A stretch of 64,000 bases of DNA from a virus. The position numbers were made by a program, and so were the translations under genes. Below the pieces are notes generated by a model that worked only from the letters and a program-made list of their open reading frames with translations, was not told the origin of the DNA and made no database searches. Positions 57,060-64,000 of the stretch are shown here, piece after piece (position 1 is the stretch's first letter; every line of letters begins with the position of its first letter). Location of the stretch: positions 6,010 to 70,009 of the IMG/VR virus record IMGVR_UViG_3300020438_005037. One strand, given 5' to 3'.

Positions 57060-59309
57060 ATGGTCGAACCTAGTGAAGATTTAGTTTTAGTTTTTAATAA
57101 AGCAGTAGCAGATGCAAAACAATTGAACCATGAATATGTTACAATTGAACATTTATTATTTGCTGCACTTTGCACTGAAAGTTTAGATAAATTACTTACA
57201 GCGTTTGGATCTGATGTGGCTGCTTTAAAGAATGCATTAGAAAATTATCTGAAAACAGAATGCAATGATATTGTTACAAATGAGAAAAAATATAAACCAA
57301 AGAAAACAATAAGTGTAGAACGTGTTCTTAATCGAGCTTTTACACAAACTTTATTTAGTGGTGGAAATAATATTGAACTTCCAGATATTATCCTAAGTAT
57401 ACTTGCTGAAAAAAGAAGTATCGGACAGTATATTTTACAACAACATGGTGTAACAAAACAAAAATTAAGTGATTATTTGGTTAATGAAGTAGAAGAACCA
57501 GAAAGTGAACAAGAAGAAAACCAAGGACAGATTGCCCGTGCATTAAAAAAATACACAACAAATTTAAATGCAGAAGCTACAAAAAATAAAATTGATCCGG
57601 TTATTGGCCGTGATAGCATATTAGAAAGTATAGCCTTAGCACTTGGTAGGCGTAATAAAAATAATGTTCTACTTGTAGGTGATCCAGGAGTTGGTAAAAC
57701 TGCAGTAATCGAAGGATTAGCTTTTAAAATCACACGGAAACAAGTGCCTGAATTTTTAAACGAATACGAAGTTTTCAGTCTTGATATAGGATCATTACTT
57801 GCTGGAACAAAATATCGTGGAGACTTTGAGGAAAGATTAAAAATGATCCTAGCTGGATTGAAAAAGAAAGGTAAGACAATTCTTTTCATTGACGAAGCAC
57901 ATATGATAAATGGTGCAGGAGGCGGTGGTGGCAAAGATTCTAATGACTTAGCAAATATGCTTAAACCCGCATTGAGCAAGGGAAATATTAAAGTTGTTGC
58001 ATCTACTACCTGGGAGGAATATAGAAAATATTTTGAGAAAGACAGGGCATTAATGCGCAGGTTCCAACGTGTAACAGTAAACGAACCAAGTAAAGAAATA
58101 ACTATAGATATTTTACATGGAATTAAAAAATATTATGAATCTTTTCATGGTAGCATAATAACAAATGATGCTATCCAAGAGGCCGTAAAATTAAGTGTTA
58201 AATATCAAAATGATAAAAAATTACCAGATAAGGCTATTGATCTATTAGATTTAGCGTGTAGTAGATTTAATTTAGTTGAACAAGAAGAACACGTAGAAAA
58301 GATTGTAGATGAACATGCTATACGTTTTGAACTGGCAAAAGTAGTAGACCTGCCTGCAGAGCAAATTGCAGAAAGAGAAACTGAAAACTTAGTGACTTTA
58401 GAAAAAAACATAAAGCAAAACGTATACGGACAAGACACAGCCATTGAAGACATAGTTGATAAAATTTTAATTACACAAGCTGGTTTAAAAGAAGAAAATA
58501 AACCAATAGGAAGTTTTGTTTTCATGGGTCCTACTGGCACTGGTAAAACAGAAACTGCAAAACAATTAGCTAATCATTTAGGTGTGAAACTTGTAAGATT
58601 TGATATGAGCGAATATCAAGAAAAACATAGTATTGCAAAGTTAATAGGCACACCTCCAGGATATGTCGGCTATGAAGAAAATAATGGCTTATTAATTACA
58701 AAATTGGAAGAAAATCCAAATTGTGTATTGCTATTAGATGAAATTGAAAAAGCACATCCTGATGTCAGTCATATCTTACTACAAATTATGGACAATGGTA
58801 AAATTACAGGATCAGATGGCAAGGAAGCAGATGCAAGGAATTGTGTCCTTATATTAACTACTAATTTAGGAAGTGAACAGAGTGAGAAAAATACAATTGG
58901 GTTTGGTATAGGATTTGACGACGAGTACGAAGATACTGAATTAAAAAGTTTCTTTAGTCCTGAATTCCGTAACAGACTTGACAGCATTATTACCTTTGAA
59001 AAATTAAGCAAAGAAACAATGATTAAAATTGTTGGTAAATTCTTATATGCTCTTAAATGTCAAGTAAATGATAAAAACATAACCATTACTTTATCAGATG
59101 AAGCATTAGATTATCTCGTGGAGAAAGGATATGATCGAAAAATGGGTGCTAGACCCCTGCAGAGAATAATTGATAGAGAAATTAAGAAACCGTTATCAAA
59201 ACAGATGCTGTTTGGTGACTTAAAAAATGGTGGCAAATGTGAGATAGTTATCCAAGATGACAAATTAGACATAAGTGTAGCAAAAGGAAAATATGTTCAA
59301 ATTTCGTGA
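57060..59309 (+). CDS. clpA: ClpA-type AAA+ unfoldase
   Basis: N-domain HEYVTIEHLL; GDPGVGKT and GPTGTGKT; IGF loop; no ClpB middle domain. Confidence 0.92.
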   Translation: MVEPSEDLVLVFNKAVADAKQLNHEYVTIEHLLFAALCTESLDKLLTAFGSDVAALKNALENYLKTECNDIVTNEKKYKPKKTISVERVLNRAFTQTLFSGGNNIELPDIILSILAEKRSIGQYILQQHGVTKQKLSDYLVNEVEEPESEQEENQGQIARALKKYTTNLNAEATKNKIDPVIGRDSILESIALALGRRNKNNVLLVGDPGVGKTAVIEGLAFKITRKQVPEFLNEYEVFSLDIGSLLAGTKYRGDFEERLKMILAGLKKKGKTILFIDEAHMINGAGGGGGKDSNDLANMLKPALSKGNIKVVASTTWEEYRKYFEKDRALMRRFQRVTVNEPSKEITIDILHGIKKYYESFHGSIITNDAIQEAVKLSVKYQNDKKLPDKAIDLLDLACSRFNLVEQEEHVEKIVDEHAIRFELAKVVDLPAEQIAERETENLVTLEKNIKQNVYGQDTAIEDIVDKILITQAGLKEENKPIGSFVFMGPTGTGKTETAKQLANHLGVKLVRFDMSEYQEKHSIAKLIGTPPGYVGYEENNGLLITKLEENPNCVLLLDEIEKAHPDVSHILLQIMDNGKITGSDGKEADARNCVLILTTNLGSEQSEKNTIGFGIGFDDEYEDTELKSFFSPEFRNRLDSIITFEKLSKETMIKIVGKFLYALKCQVNDKNITITLSDEALDYLVEKGYDRKMGARPLQRIIDREIKKPLSKQMLFGDLKNGGKCEIVIQDDKLDISVAKGKYVQIS

Positions 59310-60039
59310 AACGAGTAAACTTTTTTACAATAAGTATCTGTATGCTGGAGTATTTAGAAATTCCCTTGCTCCAATTTTTATGGACAAAACACTTGTTAAT
59401 ACTAGAATAACACTAGACACATTACACACCATAAGAGGCAGGAAGGGAATACAAAATTGTATAGTAAAAGAAGAATTTTTACATGATTTACCATTATGGA
59501 TTCATGAGAGTCTATTACATAGACATATCACCCAGGATGAGTTAAATGATGCAACAACAATCTACAAAGTTTTAAATGCAACTGAATCTAATTTCAGCAC
59601 AAGAGTAGTGTATGATCCATTTATGACATTACGTTTTAAACGCAATAATAATATAAGGGTATATACTAATGATCATTATTTACTTAAAAATTTAGAAACG
59701 TTGTCTGGTGCTGTTGAAATGCATGCTCCAAACAAAAAGTTTGAAACCGTTCTAGACAGTGAACCTAATGTAGTGTTATGCGATAAATCTAATTATAAGT
59801 ATAAGATTAGATTGAATTACAAAAAAATACATCCTAATTTTTTACCTTGGTATAATAAGAATACAAACAAAGTTAAAATGTCTTACAAAATGCTGCAAGA
59901 TCTAAGAGCATATGGAAGATTAGAAAACAGATATCTATATGTAAAAGATGATCATACACTTACAATTCTTAATTTGCTTATTGAGCAATCAATGGGTAAG
60001 ATATACAAATTAGTGTGCAAAACAGAATTAGATAAATAA
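59293..60039 (+). CDS. Hypothetical protein
   Basis: SD AAGGA; KLFYNKYLY N-terminus. Confidence 0.7.
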   Translation: MFKFRETSKLFYNKYLYAGVFRNSLAPIFMDKTLVNTRITLDTLHTIRGRKGIQNCIVKEEFLHDLPLWIHESLLHRHITQDELNDATTIYKVLNATESNFSTRVVYDPFMTLRFKRNNNIRVYTNDHYLLKNLETLSGAVEMHAPNKKFETVLDSEPNVVLCDKSNYKYKIRLNYKKIHPNFLPWYNKNTNKVKMSYKMLQDLRAYGRLENRYLYVKDDHTLTILNLLIEQSMGKIYKLVCKTELDK

Positions 60040-60043
60040 CTAT

Positions 60044-60439
60044 ATGTCAACTAATAGTGAAAATTTTAATTTTGTAGTCAATTCAACTAATCAAACACAA
60101 TTAACTCATCCTGATAATACCACCAATACAACCCGTACTTCGGATAAACTAAAAGGCGACGGTTACTATGGCAGAGCTGATGGATTGCACAGTGTGCAAT
60201 ATGTTGTAACTGGTTTTGTAGGCAAAATTGTTACACAAGCAACACTTGCAACTACTCCTGCTACAACAGATTGGTTTGACATTACAAGCACAGTCCATGA
60301 TAATAGCAGCGGTACTTCATCTAATGCACTAGCTACAGGTAGTTTCATACATAACTTCACAGGTAATTATGTATGGATAAAGATAGTTGTATCTGATTGG
60401 ACAACTGGCACAGTAAATTCTATTTTGTTAAATCATTAA
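60044..60439 (+). CDS. Probable structural beta-sandwich protein
   Basis: KGDGYYG..DGLH, NFTGNYVW; ATAAATA at 60032-60038. Confidence 0.65.
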   Translation: MSTNSENFNFVVNSTNQTQLTHPDNTTNTTRTSDKLKGDGYYGRADGLHSVQYVVTGFVGKIVTQATLATTPATTDWFDITSTVHDNSSGTSSNALATGSFIHNFTGNYVWIKIVVSDWTTGTVNSILLNH

Positions 60440-60449
60440 GGGTAAGATA

Positions 60450-61010
60450 ATGCAACATTATGTAAATGTAATTTGTGACAAAAACATAGACACATCAGGA
60501 AAATTGGACGAAAGTATTTTTCCTAACATAGAGCAAAACATCTCTTCACAAGGAGTACGAGTAATTACAATTCCACTCGAAAGAGAATTAATACAAAAAG
60601 AAGCCGACAACTATGCTAATTTATTAGCGAATTGTTTGCTTGAAGCAGGACTGGAAGACTTTGATATAGAAATTAGCACATCAAACGAAATTGAAGAAGA
60701 AGAAACTTATGAGGGTAATGAGTTTTATGAAGAGTATGAAACAATGCATTTCAACGAAGATCAAATTGACGAAGCGGAGTACCAAGGTAGAAAAGTCAGC
60801 TTAGGCAAACCTATGCGAGGAGATGTTAAAAAATTCAAAGTATTTGTTAAAAAACCAAATGGTAATGTAGTAAAAGTTAACTTTGGTGACCCTAATATGC
60901 GAATAAAGAAAAGCAATCCTAAACGCAGGAAAAGTTTTCGAGCTAGGCATAATTGTGCCAATCCAGGTCCAAGGCATAAAGCACGATATTGGAGTTGTAG
61001 AAACTGGTAA
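60450..61010 (+). CDS. Acidic N-part plus basic C-terminal module (probable head protein)
   Basis: IDE|AEYQGRKV...KVNFGDPNM...SFRARHNC...RYWSCRNW. Confidence 0.75.
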   Translation: MQHYVNVICDKNIDTSGKLDESIFPNIEQNISSQGVRVITIPLERELIQKEADNYANLLANCLLEAGLEDFDIEISTSNEIEEEETYEGNEFYEEYETMHFNEDQIDEAEYQGRKVSLGKPMRGDVKKFKVFVKKPNGNVVKVNFGDPNMRIKKSNPKRRKSFRARHNCANPGPRHKARYWSCRNW

Positions 61011-61013
61011 TTT

Positions 61014-61349
61014 ATGAAATTAAAAGATTTAAAGCCCTCTCATTCAGCTAACATAGATTTTGACATCGTCGAAGATGCTATCATTTATATGCAAAATGAT
61101 CCTATGTTTTATAGGAAAGAATATTATCCTGCAATAACCAAACTAGCAGATATGCATCGTGAAGGACAAGATTATGATGCTCATAAAATTATGATGCCAA
61201 TGATTGCTAGTGGTGTAAATAGATATTGTAAAAAATATAAATTAGCACCAATGCCAGATGATATTTTCAATAGTTCAGATAAACAAAAAATATTTGACAC
61301 TATGTATGAACAAGAAATGAATAATATCAGCAAAGGCGATTACAAATGA
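61014..61349 (+). CDS. Conserved phage hypothetical protein
   Basis: YMQNDPMFYRKEYYP...YCKKY. Confidence 0.7.
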   Translation: MKLKDLKPSHSANIDFDIVEDAIIYMQNDPMFYRKEYYPAITKLADMHREGQDYDAHKIMMPMIASGVNRYCKKYKLAPMPDDIFNSSDKQKIFDTMYEQEMNNISKGDYK

Positions 61350-62086
61350 AATTGCGGCAGTTTTTTGAGACTAAAGAGAAAACTGCCGTCTTTGCATTTG
61401 GCAGACTGAATCCTGCTACTAACGGCCATGAACTACTTGTAAATGCTATCCTAGGACAAAAAGGAGATCATTTCCTTTTTTTAAGTGATAGACCCGCTAA
61501 ACTTCCTAACGATCCGTTGTCTTCAGACGAAAAACTAGATTGGGCACAGAAAAGTTTCAACACTGTATCTGTAGGTCTAGCAAAAAATGCCTTAATAGCT
61601 GCTGATAGATTATACAAGATGGGATACACAAATCTTGTGTACTTAGAAGGCGATCCAAAAATGGGTGCAGTAATTAAGAAATATAATGGAGTATCAGCAA
61701 GTCTACATAATTATAATTTTGATAATATAGAATTAATTAGATTACAGCGAGATCCAGATGATCCCGGACCTGCTGGTATGAGTGCAACTAAATTAAGAGC
61801 TGCTGCACAGAATGATGATTTCGACCAATTTAAAGCAGGTGTAACTGATCCTGCTAAACCATTTGCACAATCTATGTTTAAAAAATTACAAGATATATAT
61901 AGTATTAATGAGAAATCTATTAGTAAAGCACAGCAACGATTATTTGGGCAAGTGTATTCATACAAAAAAGGCAAATTAAAAAATCCTTCAAAAGCAGTAA
62001 AAGATATTGCCAAAGGTATTAGTAAAAAAGATTCAAAAGATTTTGCTGCAACAAAGCACAAAGGTTTACCTAATAAAGTAGGATAA
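61346..62086 (+). CDS. HIGH-class nucleotidyltransferase (cytidylyltransferase-like) with basic C-terminal module
   Basis: FAFGRLNPATNGH, GMSATKLR; then KSISKAQQRLFG...FAATKHKGLP. Confidence 0.8.
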   Translation: MKLRQFFETKEKTAVFAFGRLNPATNGHELLVNAILGQKGDHFLFLSDRPAKLPNDPLSSDEKLDWAQKSFNTVSVGLAKNALIAADRLYKMGYTNLVYLEGDPKMGAVIKKYNGVSASLHNYNFDNIELIRLQRDPDDPGPAGMSATKLRAAAQNDDFDQFKAGVTDPAKPFAQSMFKKLQDIYSINEKSISKAQQRLFGQVYSYKKGKLKNPSKAVKDIAKGISKKDSKDFAATKHKGLPNKVG

Positions 62087-62088
62087 AG

Positions 62089-62730
62089 ATGAATATAGCT
62101 GAGCTTAAAAAATTAGCAGGTATTGGTCCTACAATGGAAAACCCATCAATTACTTCCACAAATTTACGCAAAAAAGAAAAAGAATTTAATATCAAACCAG
62201 GTGATCCTGAATGGTTCCGTTTATGGTTTGCTAAACCAAAAATGACAGGTGAAATGCCTTACAAAAAAGAATATAAAAGAGAATCACTTCCGCAGATCAG
62301 ACCTGATGACTTAGTAGACTTTCCGCACACTAAGGAAAAAGTAAAATTAGAAAAATTAATCCCAGTGCAAAAAGAGAGAATCAAAGAAAATTTGGTTAGA
62401 CAGTATAGGAAAATAAAACAAAACACGTATAATCCGATAATCATAGATTGCGATAATAATATAATAAACGGCCATCATAGATATAGTGCAGCAAAAAAAC
62501 TGGGGTTAAAGGAAATTAATGCTATAAGATTACCTTATGATATTGATACAGTAATTGAAAATTTTGCTGATGGCAAAAAACCAGGCCGTAAAGGACTTGC
62601 TAAAAGATCAGGGGTAAACTGTAAACAAAGTGTTTCAAAATTACGTAAAATAGCAAAAAACTCAAGTGGAGAGCGCAGCAGGATGGCACACTGGTGCGCA
62701 AATATGAAATCAGGAAAAAAGAAAAAATGA
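62089..62730 (+). CDS. Modular protein with ParB/Srx-like domain and basic C-module
   Basis: PIIID..N.IINGHHRYSAA; C-terminus NFADGKKPGRKG...AHWCANMKSG. Confidence 0.75.
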   Translation: MNIAELKKLAGIGPTMENPSITSTNLRKKEKEFNIKPGDPEWFRLWFAKPKMTGEMPYKKEYKRESLPQIRPDDLVDFPHTKEKVKLEKLIPVQKERIKENLVRQYRKIKQNTYNPIIIDCDNNIINGHHRYSAAKKLGLKEINAIRLPYDIDTVIENFADGKKPGRKGLAKRSGVNCKQSVSKLRKIAKNSSGERSRMAHWCANMKSGKKKK

Positions 62731-62939
62731 GATTACATGAAATAGATCAAAACATCAACGAACTAGATCTTAAAGACATAATAAAAGCTGTAAATTTAGG
62801 ACGTAGTGTAGGAAAATTGAAAAATAAAGGCGTGGCAAAATCTGCTATGAATTGGCTTTTGCGTAAAAAATTACCTGCATATCTTGATAAAAAAGGTGAC
62901 GAAATTGCAGCCAGACGTAGGCAGCAAAGAGAAAAATAA
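62727..62939 (+). CDS. Small basic protein
   Basis: Start MRLHEIDQNINE overlaps the previous stop (ATGA). Confidence 0.6.
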   Translation: MRLHEIDQNINELDLKDIIKAVNLGRSVGKLKNKGVAKSAMNWLLRKKLPAYLDKKGDEIAARRRQQREK

Positions 62940-63316
62940 TGAAAATAAATGAAATAATCTTACCTGATAATACAGATTGTGAAATGGAAGCAGCAGGTGT
63001 TGGCAAAATTGTAAAAGGCGTTAACACCACTGCTGATGTAAAACCCGGAGAAACAGAACGCCAAGCTAAAAAATTTTTTGGGGGTACAGGAAAGCCAAAA
63101 TTGTTAACAAAAAAAGTTAAAGAAACTGCTTCGGCAGGGGCTACCAGTGCTGGTGCCATCGCCACAGTAATAAATCCAACCACAGCAAAAGCTAAAATAA
63201 AGAGAGATCGCACTGGAGTTCCAAAAGCACCACAAAAACTTAATCCAGACGGAACTGCCAAGAATGCGCTTAATTTGCCTAATAACATTATGGGTGGCAA
63301 ACCGATAAAGAGATAA
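62939..63316 (+). CDS. Small basic modular protein
   Basis: MKINEII; GVGKIVKGVNTTADV; E|TASAGATSAGAIATV. Confidence 0.7.
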   Translation: MKINEIILPDNTDCEMEAAGVGKIVKGVNTTADVKPGETERQAKKFFGGTGKPKLLTKKVKETASAGATSAGAIATVINPTTAKAKIKRDRTGVPKAPQKLNPDGTAKNALNLPNNIMGGKPIKR

Positions 63317-63335
63317 ATATCTTAAAGGAATATTT

Positions 63336-64000
63336 ATGGAAAAAACTTTGGTAGAATTTAGTTTTGTAAAAAAGTTCAAACAACTTTTTACCAAAGCTAA
63401 TCAATATGGATTAGGTCCTGAACCAAAACGATGGACACAAACAACTGGTCATAAAGTTGTGGCAAAGACTCCATTAAAGGGAAAATATTTTTCAATGTTG
63501 CCAGGAGAATCATCTTTTTTAGATGCTGACCAAAAAAAATTTAAAGATGTTGCTAAATTCCAAAAATTTATAGAATACGTCAAAGGTATTTTAGAACTTG
63601 AAGGTAATGAAAGAGCTTATTTAGACAAAATTGCAAAAATTAATAGACATCCTACAGAAATCATAGGCGATTTAGACCGCTTTGTAAATGATCACTATGC
63701 TAAAAAAGGACTTACATGGCGTCGAGACAAAGGGGAACTTACCAAAGGCGGAAGCACTGCATATCATAGCTGGAGTGGCGATCCAGCACGAGTATTAACT
63801 GTAGAAGTAGATGCCCAAGCTCCTGGTCAAAGTACTACAGTGCAAACAAGCCAAGAGTATGATGCAAATTTTAAACCAATTGGAGAATTTACTAGATCAA
63901 CATTCAATATTAGAAGTGATTATACCGGTGCTTATACGGAACATCCAGCAACAAAACAGATGCATATTGCAAATCGTTCATCCTATAGCGACGATGAAAT
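63336..64000 (+). CDS. Hypothetical protein, truncated by the window end
   Basis: ATAAATA 63313-63319, SD AAGGA, MEKTLVEFSFVKKF...; absent from the track, apparently open to the window end. Confidence 0.65.
   Translation, partial: MEKTLVEFSFVKKFKQLFTKANQYGLGPEPKRWTQTTGHKVVAKTPLKGKYFSMLPGESSFLDADQKKFKDVAKFQKFIEYVKGILELEGNERAYLDKIAKINRHPTEIIGDLDRFVNDHYAKKGLTWRRDKGELTKGGSTAYHSWSGDPARVLTVEVDAQAPGQSTTVQTSQEYDANFKPIGEFTRSTFNIRSDYTGAYTEHPATKQMHIANRSSYSDDE

Larger units (their letters stand above)
1..64000. mobile_element. Segment of a large tailed (myovirus/jumbo-type) bacteriophage genome
   Basis: Dense co-oriented genes; T4 gp9/gp10-like baseplate/fibre N-termini; endolysin plus spanins; clamp loader, ThyX, PhoH, GroES; T4-like late promoter motifs; no bacterial housekeeping operon structure. 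Confidence 0.93.

Noticed and set aside
1-64000. Alternative genetic code (stop-codon reassignment)
   Set aside because: Recognisable genes are full length in the standard code and end at TAA, TAG (guaC, queD) and TGA (purC, dnaJ) at the expected positions
1-64000. tRNA, intron, intein or homing endonuclease
   Set aside because: No cloverleaf in the short intergenic gaps and no interrupted conserved genes seen by eye; a covariance-model scan was not run

Overview
This AT-rich, gene-dense window is almost entirely + strand and looks like a segment of a large tailed bacteriophage genome, probably a contractile-tailed jumbo-type aquatic phage with a Gram-negative host. Five regions run left to right. 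(1) 0.07-5 kb: accessory transport and membrane genes (BMP-family purine/nucleoside-binding protein, a PiT-like permease, many tiny membrane or secreted ORFs). (2) 5-15.8 kb: auxiliary metabolic genes (purC, pyrD-like, purM, guaC, HAD phosphatase, queD, glycosyltransferase, uvsE, amidoligase, IscA-type carrier). (3) 15.8-46.7 kb: a tail/baseplate/adhesin region with a 2792-aa fibre, a fibre carrying a cupredoxin-like domain, two LamG/SPRY paralogues and an A-B-A-B array of four 7-bladed FG-GAP propellers bracketed by repeated N-terminal modules. (4) 46.7-59.3 kb: replication, nucleotide, lysis and chaperone genes (DnaE fragment, GroES, MazG-like, clamp loader, ferredoxin, ThyX, dCMP deaminase, PhoH, GH19 endolysin, spanins, mini-MscS, SNase, DnaJ, ClpA). 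(5) 60-64 kb: proteins with T4 internal-protein-like N-termini and Glu cleavage-like sites. Sigma70-type promoters and T4-like late (A)TAAATA motifs are both visible. I found no tRNA, CRISPR array, reverse transcriptase or integrase. All calls are by eye from motifs; no database searches were run.
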